DNA from: Clostridia bacterium | GTDB taxonomy: Bacteria > Bacillota > Clostridia > TANB77 > CAG-508 | Assembly (NCBI GenBank): GCA_017934475.1 | Contig: JAGBJN010000010.1 | Span: forward strand, 11,411 to 75,410 | Length of the DNA stretch: 64,000 bases | Reading direction: 5' to 3' | Shown here: one piece after another, positions 1 through 8,704 of the stretch | Layout of the letters: each line of letters opens with the position of its first letter | Numbering within the stretch: the stretch's first letter is position 1 | Position numbers and translations under genes: made by a program | Notes under the pieces: model-generated | Seen by the model: the letters and a program-made list of their open reading frames with translations, nothing else | What the model was told of the DNA's origin: nothing | Database searches by the model: none

Positions 1-632
1 GAAGTTGAATGATTAATTAATGTTAAAAATGCAAAAGGACTAATTAAAACGAATACTTTTATTAAAATATAGCGGAGTGAATATGAAAAAATTAAATTAA
101 ATAATCCTATTGAAATAAAACTTTTTATTATACCATCAACTGAAAAAATATCAAAAGAGTTATTTCCAATTATTATTAATGAATCTAATTTTTGAATTAA
201 ATTAGAAAATGAAATATCTGTATTAAAAATATTTTTCCCAATGTAACAAATTGATTCTGAAATTAAATAATTAGTTTCTATTATTTTTTCACAAATAAAA
301 TATGAACAATTCATACAAATTCCAAAAATAATTAACTTAAAAATAAATTGATAAGGTTTTTCAACTTCAGTATAAGAAAAATGTGAAAATAATAATTTAA
401 AACAATAATAAATTGTAAAACCAACAAGTAAAGCGTTTGCAATAATTAATAAATTCTTGGACACAGAATGTCCTAGTAAATTTTCAAAAAAAGAATCATT
501 TAAAAAATCAGTATTAATAAATAATAGTTTATCTAATATTGAATATAAATTGTTATCTATAGAAGAAAATAAATTATTAAAAATTGTATTTATTGTATCA
601 ATTATTGTTTGAGTAATATTTGATTGTGACAA
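1..632 (-). CDS. polytopic membrane protein, VirB6/TrbL-like; the C-terminus runs off the window
   Basis: Not in the ORF track because it is open to the window edge. TTG at 632-630 lies 5 nt after AAGGAG. My translation, MSQSNITQTIIDTINTIFNNLF..., stays open to nt 1 and has several long hydrophobic segments. The T4SS gene context supports the call. Confidence 0.35.
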   Translation of the reverse strand, partial: MSQSNITQTIIDTINTIFNNLFSSIDNNLYSILDKLLFINTDFLNDSFFENLLGHSVSKNLLIIANALLVGFTIYYCFKLLFSHFSYTEVEKPYQFIFKLIIFGICMNCSYFICEKIIETNYLISESICYIGKNIFNTDISFSNLIQKLDSLIIIGNNSFDIFSVDGIIKSFISIGLFNLIFSYSLRYILIKVFVLISPFAFLTLINHST

Positions 633-650
633 AATAACTCCTTTCTTATT

Positions 651-992
651 TTAACTTATTAATGATTTTATTGCAGATAAAATTAAATTAATTGCTAAAA
701 CAAATGCATAAGAAAATAATGAGCCTTTTATTAATTTTTTTCCAGTTCTAATTTTCTCTTCGTCACCAAAACTAAATTTTTTCATAAATGCACCTGTAAT
801 TACAGCAACTGCAGCAGCTGGAGTTGCAAGCTTTATTAGCCAATCACGAATATGTTCAAAAGCACTATTTAATTTATTTACAATTTCAGGATCACCCCAA
901 GCTGCAAAACATGATGATGATAAAATTAAAATAAAATATATTGTAAATAAAGTAATAAATAAATAATAATATTTCTTTTTTATTTTTTTCAT
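651..992 (-). CDS. small exported membrane protein with TrbC/VirB2 pilin-like topology
   Basis: 113 aa. Signal-peptide-like N-terminus (...LILSSSCFAAWGD) followed by two hydrophobic helices (ATPAAAVAVITGAF and SLFSYAFVLAINLILSAI). AAAGGAGG RBS. Lies between the coupling ATPase and the VirB6-like gene. Confidence 0.4.
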   Translation of the reverse strand: MKKIKKKYYYLFITLFTIYFILILSSSCFAAWGDPEIVNKLNSAFEHIRDWLIKLATPAAAVAVITGAFMKKFSFGDEEKIRTGKKLIKGSLFSYAFVLAINLILSAIKSLIS

Positions 993-1006
993 ATAATTCC
1001 TCCTTT

Positions 1007-2707
1007 TTATTTATTTTTAAAATACGGGATTAAATTTAACTTTTGTGGAGATAAAATTCTATTTCCATCAGATAAGAATGATAAACATGTGAAAGTTTCT
1101 AATTTTTGTGTAAAGAAATTAGTGTCAAAAATAAAATCTGTTTGATAATATGAATTATAGGATTCTGAAAGTGAAGAATTTTTAGAATGAAATTTATTAA
1201 AAATATAATTAAAATTTGTTTCTTTTGCGTTTTCTGATATTGTTTTAGATATTTTTTCTTTTTCTTCTTTTCCAATTTGTTTTTGTGCATCTTCTATTGT
1301 AAGGATATCATCACTTCTAAACCATAATTTATTTACCAAATTTTGAACGATTACTTTTACTGATGATTGGTCATGTAATGTATTAAGAAGGGAGGTATAA
1401 CTCTGAGTTGCAATAATATTAATACATTTAGATTCTCTACTTTGACTATAAAAAGAGGCATCAGAAAGAGTGACGTATTCGTGATATTCATCACTAATAA
1501 AACATACACTTCTTTTATTTTCCAAGCTAGAACAATTAGAAAGTCTATTTAATACTTCAGTTTGAAAATCCAATTTTAAATATGCAGCAATTAATTTTGA
1601 TAAATTTTTATATTCTGAAATATTCAAATTTAGGACAACAATTTTTCCTTTTTCTAAAACATCATTAAAGCCAAAGAAATTAATTTCATTTTTGGGAGGA
1701 CAAAATGCTTTTTTTACAGAATAATCTGATAAAAAAATATTTGTAATTCGAGTTATTTCAGATTTTAATATTGATTTAGTTCTTTCATCTAAAATGGAAT
1801 ATTCTTTTTCGAAAAAATTTAAAGATGATAATAAATGATAAGAATCTTCTTTATTAAATTTATTTTTTAAAAATAGATTTCTAAGTATTTCTATTTTTTC
1901 TTCATAATAATTTGGAATTACAACTAAATTGTGTAGTTCTTCAAAAGTAACATATCCATTATTATATAGTCTACATAGTTTTATACATTCTGCTAATATT
2001 TGCTCAACTTTATCTAGCCAAAAAGATTCTGTGTTATTAGGAGAGAATAATAATAAAATTGTTTTTAATCTATTTGCTAAAACTGTTGGTTTTAAATTAG
2101 GTTTATCCAATGGATTATATTTTATATTTTCACTTAAATCTATTGTGATCAAATCGTTTTCTCTATTGTATTTTTCACAGTATGTTTTTACTTGTAAATG
2201 ATAATTTCCTTTAACATCTAAAATAAGCATACCAAGTTTTTCATTAGAATTATTACTTTTATATTCAATTAATTGTCTAGTAATAGGGTACATAGCAGAA
2301 GAAGTTTTACCAGTTCCAATTGTTCCTGTAATTAATAAATTTTGATATAAACTTTTTTCGGGAAGAGTTACGAGGTTATTTTTATTATCGTAACCAATTG
2401 ATATTGATAATTCTAAAGGTGAAATAATTTCTTTTTTTATTTTTTTATTTTCTTTAATATTTTTATTAAATATTTTTTTTGAAATTAAATAAGAGAAAAT
2501 AAAATTAGAAAAAAAATAAAAAATAATTGATGATATTTTTATTAAATTCCAAATCTCAGGTTGTTCTTCACATATATTAAAAGGGTGTATTGCATAATAG
2601 AAAATAATATCATTAGAAAAATATATGTTATTAAAAATGGAAAAATAAAGAGCAAAAGAAATTACTACCAATATTATTGAAAAAAATATTCTTCTTATAT
2701 AAATCAA
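1007..2707 (-). CDS. type IV secretion coupling-protein-like P-loop ATPase (VirD4/TraG/TcpA class)
   Basis: 566 aa. N-terminal TM segments, Walker A LLITGTIGTGKTSS and Walker B-like VCFISDEYHEY. The TTG start overlaps the stop of the upstream small ORF (ATTGA). Confidence 0.6.
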   Translation of the reverse strand: MIYIRRIFFSIILVVISFALYFSIFNNIYFSNDIIFYYAIHPFNICEEQPEIWNLIKISSIIFYFFSNFIFSYLISKKIFNKNIKENKKIKKEIISPLELSISIGYDNKNNLVTLPEKSLYQNLLITGTIGTGKTSSAMYPITRQLIEYKSNNSNEKLGMLILDVKGNYHLQVKTYCEKYNRENDLITIDLSENIKYNPLDKPNLKPTVLANRLKTILLLFSPNNTESFWLDKVEQILAECIKLCRLYNNGYVTFEELHNLVVIPNYYEEKIEILRNLFLKNKFNKEDSYHLLSSLNFFEKEYSILDERTKSILKSEITRITNIFLSDYSVKKAFCPPKNEINFFGFNDVLEKGKIVVLNLNISEYKNLSKLIAAYLKLDFQTEVLNRLSNCSSLENKRSVCFISDEYHEYVTLSDASFYSQSRESKCINIIATQSYTSLLNTLHDQSSVKVIVQNLVNKLWFRSDDILTIEDAQKQIGKEEKEKISKTISENAKETNFNYIFNKFHSKNSSLSESYNSYYQTDFIFDTNFFTQKLETFTCLSFLSDGNRILSPQKLNLIPYFKNK

Positions 2708-2856
2708 TTAGAACTCCAGTTTTTTTGTTTTTTATTTAACTTATAACCTTGTAAGTTTTGGAACATATAAACTTCGAAAAAAGTATATATTGAATAAAAA
2801 GTAATAAATAAATTAATAATATAAAGTATAAAAAATAGGTGTATTTGTATAAGCAT
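2704..2856 (-). CDS. 50-aa hydrophobic peptide, translationally coupled to the ATPase gene
   Basis: Below the ORF-track size cutoff. ATG at 2856 follows AAGGAGGAGG. Translation: MLIQIHLFFILYIINLFITFYSIYTFFEVYMFQNLQGYKLNKKQKNWSSN. Its TGA overlaps the TTG of the next gene. Confidence 0.35.
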   Translation of the reverse strand: MLIQIHLFFILYIINLFITFYSIYTFFEVYMFQNLQGYKLNKKQKNWSSN

Positions 2857-2998
2857 CCTCCTCCTTCGTGAGTTACATAATACAACTTTTTTTATTCAAT
2901 GTCTATACTTTTTTTGAAAAATATGGTAAAATGACAAAGGTTCTAAAATTACGACAAAAAAATACATAAATACAATTATAAATTGATAGGAGGTTATT

Positions 2999-3187
2999 AT
3001 GAAATTTGATAAAGATACAAGAATTGGTGAAATATTAGAAAATGCACCTGAAAAAGCAGAAATATTACTTGAAATTGGAATGCATTGTTTAGGGTGTCCT
3101 GCATCATTAGTTGAAACGTTAGAAGAGGCTTGCATGGTTCATGGTATTGATGTTGACGAAGTTTTAGAGGAATTGAATAAAGAATAG
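2999..3187 (+). CDS. DUF1858-type small disulfide/redox domain protein
   Basis: 62 aa. The motif EIGMHCLGCPASLVETLEEACMVHGID is typical of the hybrid-cluster-associated DUF1858 family. AGGAGG RBS. Confidence 0.7.
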   Translation: MKFDKDTRIGEILENAPEKAEILLEIGMHCLGCPASLVETLEEACMVHGIDVDEVLEELNKE

Positions 3188-3231
3188 ATTACCATAAAAT
3201 GCAAAAAAAATACAAAATTTTCAAAAAGTGA

Positions 3232-3260
3232 TTGACAAATCATAAAAAATATAGTAAACT
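3232..3260 (+). promoter_or_regulatory. sigma-A-type promoter of the tRNA operon
   Basis: TTGACA, a 17-nt spacer, then TAAACT, about 35 nt upstream of tRNA-Lys. Confidence 0.5.
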
Positions 3261-3294
3261 ATAAAAGCAGTCGCTAATTAATGCGACTCTACTT

Positions 3295-3370
3295 GGGTCA
3301 TTAGCTCAGGTGGTAGAGCACTTGACTTTTAATCAAGTTGTCCGCGGTTCGAATCCGCGATGGCTCACCA
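3295..3370 (+). tRNA. tRNA-Lys(UUU)
   Basis: 76-nt cloverleaf, anticodon loop CTTTTAA, T-loop GGTTCGAATCC, encoded CCA. Confidence 0.95.
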
Positions 3371-3416
3371 TACCAAGGATTTAAGTATAAACTTAAGTCC
3401 TTGGAAATTTATATAA

Positions 3417-3491
3417 GGCCCCTTGGTCAAGCGGTTAAGACATCGCCCTTTCACGGCGGAGACATGGGTTCGATTCCCGTAGGGGTCACCA
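3417..3491 (+). tRNA. tRNA-Glu(UUC)
   Basis: 75-nt cloverleaf, anticodon loop CTTTCAC, encoded CCA. Confidence 0.95.
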
Positions 3492-3500
3492 ATTTTATAT

Positions 3501-3810
3501 GCCACTTTAGCTCAGATGGTAGAGCAACTGACTTGTGGGATAGATAAGAAACGTCTTATTTTGAACTATCTTGCACCTTTAAATGGAAACGTTTAAAGTG
3601 GACACCGCTAATTCGGGGAAGACTAAGTGCGAAAGCATATGTTAATCCCGAGCTAGAAAAGAAATTTTCGAGTGTAGAGACTTTATACGGTGTACCTAAA
3701 GCATTAGCTAGGGTAAAGAGAAAGTCCAGGCTACAAACAGTCAAATGGTAGTGAAAACTATAGTAGTATGAATCAGTAGGTCGCCCGTTCGATTCGGGCA
3801 AGTGGCTCCA
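3501..3810 (+). tRNA. tRNA-Thr(UGU) interrupted by an intron (exons 3501-3536 and 3771-3810)
   Basis: The joined exons give a perfect 76-nt cloverleaf: acceptor GCCACTT/AAGTGGC, anticodon stem ACTGA/TCAGT, loop CTTGT|AA, encoded CCA. Confidence 0.85.
3537..3770 (+). ncRNA. group I intron (IC3-like, tRNA anticodon-loop type), 234 nt, no internal ORF
   Basis: The 5' exon ends in T and the intron ends in G. The core strings AATTCGGGGAAGACTAAGTG and GAGTGTAGAGACTTTATACGGTGTACCTAAAGCA closely resemble, as I recall them, the Azoarcus and cyanobacterial tRNA intron core. GACACCG (about 3601) can pair with CGGTGT (about 3688), consistent with P3. Confidence 0.75.
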
Positions 3811-3818
3811 ATACTTAA

Positions 3819-3852
3819 AATCAGGCTTGTAATTGTACTTGCTTGATTTTTT
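3819..3852 (+). terminator. intrinsic terminator after the tRNA operon
   Basis: 8-bp stem AATCAGGC/GCTTGATT with one G-U pair, followed by TTTT. Confidence 0.45.
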
Positions 3853-3883
3853 GTTATATAGATTTTATTTTGAGGTGATGATT

Positions 3884-4297
3884 ATGAATTGTATAAATTG
3901 TAATAAACCGATAAATAAACGTTCTAAATATTGTAGTATTAAATGTCAAAAAGAATATCAATATAAGATGTATATTGATAAATGGAAAGATAATAAAATT
4001 GACGGAATGAGAGGAGAATATCAAATTTCATTATATATAAAAAAATATTTATTTGAAAAATATAATAAAAAATGCGCAAGATGTGGGTGGGGAAAAGTAA
4101 ATCAATATACCAACAATATTCCTTTAGAAATAGAACATATAGATGGTAATTATAAAAATAATAATGAAAATAATTTAATATTATTATGTCCAAATTGTCA
4201 TTCTTTAACAAGTACATATAAAGGTGCAAATTTAAATAAAGGAAGGAAGTCGAGGAAGAAATATGCAAACAATAGTATATTTAATAAGGCATTCTAA
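3884..4297 (+). CDS. HNH endonuclease with an N-terminal zinc ribbon
   Basis: Zinc-ribbon motif CINCNK...CSIKCQ, then RCGWG...IPLEIEHIDGNYKNNNENNLILLCPNCH (HNH motif). Start chosen at the ATG 8 nt after GAGG. Confidence 0.8.
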   Translation: MNCINCNKPINKRSKYCSIKCQKEYQYKMYIDKWKDNKIDGMRGEYQISLYIKKYLFEKYNKKCARCGWGKVNQYTNNIPLEIEHIDGNYKNNNENNLILLCPNCHSLTSTYKGANLNKGRKSRKKYANNSIFNKAF

Positions 4298-4895
4298 AAA
4301 AATCAATAAAGAAGATATTGATTACAGTTTAAGTAATGAATCTAAACAAATCCAAAATGAAAAAATACCTTTAAGCATAGAAGGTGAAGAAAGAGCAAAG
4401 AAGTTATCTGAATTAGAAGAATTTGCCGATATAGAATCAATATATTCTAGTAATTATACAAGAACTATACAAACTGCAAAATATTTAGCAGAAAAAAGAA
4501 ATTTAAGAATAAATGTTGATGAAAGATTTAATGAAAGAAAGCATGGAATATTTAATGGAGAAATAAACCTAGAAAGATATTACCAAGAAGATTTTAAGAA
4601 TCCTGATGGAGAAAGTCCAAAAGAAGTAAGAAAGAGAATGGTTGAAGGATTTGAATATGCAATTAATAATAATAAAGGAAAGAAAATTGCTATATTTACT
4701 CATGGTGCAGCAATGACAATGTTATTAACAAAATGGTGCAAATTAGAACATATTACAAATGATACGAAAAAAACAATTAGTTATAAAGGCAAAATTCTTG
4801 TAGATAAAATATTTAATCAACCGGAAATATTTAAATTAATATTAGATGAAAATAATGATATAATAAACATAGAAAATATTGAAGTAAACTGGTAA
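4263..4895 (+). CDS. histidine phosphatase family protein (phosphoglycerate-mutase-like)
   Basis: VYLIRHS near the N-terminus (RHG-type motif) and FTHGAA later. Overlaps the 3' end of the HNH gene by 35 nt. Confidence 0.8.
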   Translation: MQTIVYLIRHSKKINKEDIDYSLSNESKQIQNEKIPLSIEGEERAKKLSELEEFADIESIYSSNYTRTIQTAKYLAEKRNLRINVDERFNERKHGIFNGEINLERYYQEDFKNPDGESPKEVRKRMVEGFEYAINNNKGKKIAIFTHGAAMTMLLTKWCKLEHITNDTKKTISYKGKILVDKIFNQPEIFKLILDENNDIINIENIEVNW

Positions 4896-4908
4896 ATAGG
4901 AGGAAAAC

Positions 4909-5637
4909 ATGAGAAAAACAATTATTGTTACAGGTGGAAGTAGAGGAATTGGTGCAGCAATAGTAAGACTATTAGCAAACGAAGGATACAATGTTGTACT
5001 TAATTATAATAAATCTGAAGAAATTGCTGAAAAAGCAAAAGAAGAATACACAAATAAAGGATATAATGTGGAAATCTTTAGAGCAGATGTTTCAAAAAGG
5101 GAAGAAGTAAAAAAATTAATAGAATTTGCAATAGATAAATTTGGTACAATTGATGTAATAGTTAATAATGCGGGTATTGATAATGAAAAATTATTTCAAA
5201 ATATAACAGATGAGGATTGGAATAATGTAATAAATACTAATTTATATTCAGTATTTTGTATGTGTCAAGAAGCAATACCTACAATGATTAATAAACAAAG
5301 TGGAAGTATTATAAATATATCATCAATTTATGGAACTAATGGAGGATCTTTTGCTGTTGCATATTCAGCAACAAAAGCAGGAATTATTGGATTAACAAAA
5401 TCTCTTGCAAAAGAACTAGGACCATCAAATATAAGAGTTAATGCAATAGCACCTGGAATAATAGATACAGATATGAATAAAGGGTATTCAAAAGAAGACA
5501 TTGATAATATAAAAGAAGAAATTCCTTTAAATAGAATTGGAGAAGGAATAGATATTGCAAAATGTGTAAAATGGATTATAGAAGATGAATATACTACTGG
5601 ACAAGTAATTAAAATAGATGGTGGATGGTATTTATAA
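4909..5637 (+). CDS. SDR-family oxidoreductase (FabG-like)
   Basis: TGGSRGIG cofactor motif, NNAG, YSATKAG catalytic motif; 242 aa. Confidence 0.85.
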   Translation: MRKTIIVTGGSRGIGAAIVRLLANEGYNVVLNYNKSEEIAEKAKEEYTNKGYNVEIFRADVSKREEVKKLIEFAIDKFGTIDVIVNNAGIDNEKLFQNITDEDWNNVINTNLYSVFCMCQEAIPTMINKQSGSIINISSIYGTNGGSFAVAYSATKAGIIGLTKSLAKELGPSNIRVNAIAPGIIDTDMNKGYSKEDIDNIKEEIPLNRIGEGIDIAKCVKWIIEDEYTTGQVIKIDGGWYL

Positions 5638-5638
5638 A

Positions 5639-5673
5639 AAATAAATCAGTATAAAATACTGATTTATTTTTTT
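5639..5673. terminator. bidirectional intrinsic terminator
   Basis: Perfect 13-bp stem AAATAAATCAGTA/TACTGATTTATTT flanked by an A-run and a T-run, between convergent genes. Confidence 0.7.
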
Positions 5674-6163
5674 ATTCTTCTTCATTTACTTTTCTTTTAT
5701 AATTTCCTGAAATAATTTTTGGGAAAAATTTAATTATTTTATATACTGCAAGTCTAACTTTTTTACTCCAAATATAAGTTTTTCTTAAACCTTTATGAAC
5801 TTGCATTTCATTTTCACTAACAAATGTTAAACCTAACTCTTCATCTGCTATTTCTTCAACTTGTTCTGCTTTTTCAATAGGGAATATAAAGTTTTCTCCA
5901 TTATTATTGTCCCATACATTATTTGTATTTCTAAAGCAAAGATTTAAAGTTTCAGCTTCAGCAACATCAATTTCACATTGGAAACCAAGTTCTGTTTTTT
6001 CCATTGGAACTTCAGTAACTCCGTCCCAATTTATACCAAAACCATAGTGCATATATAATTCTTCAGAACCTTCTTGAAATAAAGTTCCTACATAAGATAT
6101 CTTCAATTTAGTATTTTCAACGACCTTATCTGTATTGAAAAATATGTTTTTAACTAATTCCAT
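5672..6163 (-). CDS. hypothetical cytoplasmic protein, possibly with a CBM25/53-like carbohydrate-binding fold
   Basis: 163 aa. NNVWDNNNGENF resembles the WDNN-G-NY signature of starch-binding modules. The assignment is weak. Confidence 0.45.
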   Translation of the reverse strand: MELVKNIFFNTDKVVENTKLKISYVGTLFQEGSEELYMHYGFGINWDGVTEVPMEKTELGFQCEIDVAEAETLNLCFRNTNNVWDNNNGENFIFPIEKAEQVEEIADEELGLTFVSENEMQVHKGLRKTYIWSKKVRLAVYKIIKFFPKIISGNYKRKVNEEE

Positions 6164-6256
6164 TTTATTTCCTTCCCTCTTAAAAAAGTTTTATCTTTAG
6201 TAAAATTATTATATTATTAATAATAATTTTATTCAAGTATTTTTGACATTTTTTTT

Positions 6257-6826
6257 TTATAAATTTAAAATTTTGCCGACTATTGTAAAATCTTGTTCTG
6301 GCAAAACATATACATCATCATAATTCTTATTATCTGGTTTCAAAGTTATTATATCTTTCCTAACTATAAATCTTCGAATTAGAAATTCACCATCATATTC
6401 AAAAAGACCAACTTCCTTATTTTTTAAAGGTGAGCATAGTTCAACATAAGCATAAGTATCTTTTTTTAAATATGGTGCCATAGAATCATCTTGAACTTTA
6501 AGTGCAAATGATGCAGTTTGTATTTCAGAAGGAACATCAATTAACTCTGAAATAGAATCAACTGCAGGAATTTTGCTATAAGAAATATGATCTAATAAAT
6601 TATTTCTTTTTTGAGTAATTTGTAACTCCTTATCATAACAATTCATTAAATTTTGATAAGGTACATCAAGGGCTTTACTAATACTTTTTAAAGCTTTATG
6701 ACTAGGGTTTCTTTCACCTTTTTCAATATGGGTAATATGACCTATGTTTATCTTTGTTCTTTTTGAAAGTTCAACTTTTGTAATATTCTTATCTTTTCTG
6801 ATTTTTTCAATCATACTGCCTAACAT
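6257..6826 (-). CDS. XRE-HTH / S24 peptidase (LexA/CI-like) repressor
   Basis: N-terminal HTH (ITKVELSKRTKINIGHITHIEKGERNPS) and a C-terminal S24-like VQDDSMAP motif. Confidence 0.8.
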   Translation of the reverse strand: MLGSMIEKIRKDKNITKVELSKRTKINIGHITHIEKGERNPSHKALKSISKALDVPYQNLMNCYDKELQITQKRNNLLDHISYSKIPAVDSISELIDVPSEIQTASFALKVQDDSMAPYLKKDTYAYVELCSPLKNKEVGLFEYDGEFLIRRFIVRKDIITLKPDNKNYDDVYVLPEQDFTIVGKILNL

Positions 6827-6977
6827 ACAAAAACAACCTCTTTTTACTAATATTTTACAATATTATATAAAGAAACCCATTATTTGTCTACCATTAATTA
6901 AAAATTTAATATAATTGTAATAATTGTAATATTGTAAAAAGGTTTAGTATATGATAGTATAAAAGTAGGAGAAAAAT

Positions 6978-8672
6978 ATGAGAAGAAGAGGAAATCTAAG
7001 AAGAAATAAAATTACAAAGCCAAAGCGAGATTTGAAGAAAATTGCTATTCCACTAGGAATAGTAGCTTTAATTGTGCTATTTTTTTCAATTATATTTTCT
7101 CTAATAAATATAGGTAATAGAAAAATAATAAATGGTGTAAAAATTGGAAATATTGATGTATCAAACTTGACACAAGAAGAAGCAATAGAAAAAATAAATG
7201 CATGGAAAAAAGATATTGTATTTAAAGATATAGATATTAGCTACGAAGATTATGAAGAAAGCATAAATGTTGAACAATTTAACCCAAAAATAGAGACAGA
7301 TAGATTAGTTAGAAAAGCATGCAATATTGGGAAAACAGGAAATATTATTAAAGATAATTATGAAATATTACTTACTTCCATTTTTTCAAAGAGTATAAAT
7401 TTAGATATAAAAGTCGATGAAGAAAAATTAAATAAGAAGATAGTAGAAATAAATTCGAAATTACCAGGAACATTGGAAGAAAGTAATTATTATATTGAAG
7501 ATAATAATTTAATTATAAAAAAAGGTAAAGCAGGAATTGTTGTTGACGAAGATAATTTTAAAGATGAAATAAATTCAAAATTAATTAATACAAATAAAGA
7601 AATAAAATTAAAAGTTATAAATAGAAGTCCTTCTGAAATTAATATTGAAAAAATATATAATGAAATACATAAAGAAGTTCAAAATGCATATATTTCGCAA
7701 GATCCAACAGAAGTTCATCCAGAGGTAAATGGAGTAGATTTTGATATTTCAATAGAAGAAGCAAAGAAAAGTTTAGAAGAAGAAAAAGAAGAATATATAA
7801 TACCTTTGAAAATAACACTTGCAGAAGTTACATTAGACGATATAGGAAAAGAAGCATTTCCTAATTTACTTGGAAAATTCTCAACTACATATAATGTAGA
7901 AAATGAAAATAGATCTACAAACCTAAAATTAGCTGCTGAGAAGATTGACGGAACAATAGTACTTCCAGGTGAAGAATTCTCATATAATAAAGTTGTAGGG
8001 CAAAGAACGATTGCAGCAGGATATAAAGAAGCAGCGGTATACTCTGGAGGTAAAGTTGTTGACGGTATAGGAGGAGGTATTTGCCAAATATCATCAACAC
8101 TATATAATGCAGTCTTATATGCAAATTTAGAAGTAACGGAAAGATCAAACCATAGATTTTTAACATCCTATGTTGAAGCAGGAAGAGATGCAACAGTTTC
8201 ATGGGGAACACTTGATTTTTGTTTTGAAAATACAAGAAATTATCCAATAAAAGTTGTTACTAGTGTAAAATATGGAGTTGTAACAGCTGAAATATATGGA
8301 ACATATGAAGAAAAAGAATATGAGATAGAAATACAAAATGACTTAGATGAAGTACTTGAATATGAAACAACATATGTAAAAGACTATACTTTGGATGAAG
8401 GAATAGAAGAAGTAAAACAAAATGGATCTAATGGAGCAATAAGTACAACATATAAAATTACTAAATATAATGGAGCAGAAGTGTCAAGAGAAATACTATC
8501 ATCAGATACATATAGTCCACTTGAAAAAATAGTAAAAAAAGGTATGAAGAAAACAACAGAAACGAGTGCACCAATGTTTGCAGATGGTAGTGAAGATGAA
8601 GAGGAGAATGAAGAAGAAATTCTTACAAAAGAAATAAATCCAGAATTATTAGAATTGATTAAAGAATTATAA
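6978..8672 (+). CDS. VanW-family protein with a C-terminal G5 domain
   Basis: N-terminal TM segment. VanW core PGEEFSYNKVVGQRT...GGGICQISSTLYNAVLYANLEVTERSNH. G5-like region GIEEVKQNGSNGAISTTYKI. Confidence 0.85.
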   Translation: MRRRGNLRRNKITKPKRDLKKIAIPLGIVALIVLFFSIIFSLINIGNRKIINGVKIGNIDVSNLTQEEAIEKINAWKKDIVFKDIDISYEDYEESINVEQFNPKIETDRLVRKACNIGKTGNIIKDNYEILLTSIFSKSINLDIKVDEEKLNKKIVEINSKLPGTLEESNYYIEDNNLIIKKGKAGIVVDEDNFKDEINSKLINTNKEIKLKVINRSPSEINIEKIYNEIHKEVQNAYISQDPTEVHPEVNGVDFDISIEEAKKSLEEEKEEYIIPLKITLAEVTLDDIGKEAFPNLLGKFSTTYNVENENRSTNLKLAAEKIDGTIVLPGEEFSYNKVVGQRTIAAGYKEAAVYSGGKVVDGIGGGICQISSTLYNAVLYANLEVTERSNHRFLTSYVEAGRDATVSWGTLDFCFENTRNYPIKVVTSVKYGVVTAEIYGTYEEKEYEIEIQNDLDEVLEYETTYVKDYTLDEGIEEVKQNGSNGAISTTYKITKYNGAEVSREILSSDTYSPLEKIVKKGMKKTTETSAPMFADGSEDEEENEEEILTKEINPELLELIKEL

Positions 8673-8704
8673 AATAGAATTCATTATGAATTCTATTTTT
8701 TTTT
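8673..8704 (+). terminator. intrinsic terminator
   Basis: Perfect 11-bp stem AATAGAATTCA/TGAATTCTATT followed by a T-run. Confidence 0.7.

Larger units (their letters stand above)
1..2856 (-). mobile_element. edge of a conjugative-transfer (type IV secretion) gene module; the rest lies left of the window
   Basis: Four co-directional, tightly packed minus-strand genes: a small hydrophobic peptide, a coupling-type ATPase, a VirB2-like gene and a VirB6-like gene. No boundary or att site was identified. Confidence 0.4.

Noticed and set aside
3715-3740. The string GAAAGTCCAGGC resembles the RNase P RNA P4 motif (GAAAGUCCGGGC).
   Set aside because: It is embedded in the 3' peripheral part of the group I intron. 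No other RNase P elements are nearby, and the region is far too short. I treat it as coincidence.
3338-3801. ORF-track entries 3338-3547(+) and 3556-3801(-), which would be 69-aa and 81-aa proteins.
   Set aside because: They lie entirely over tRNA-Lys, tRNA-Glu and tRNA-Thr and the group I intron. They have no RBS, and the RNA genes explain the sequence.
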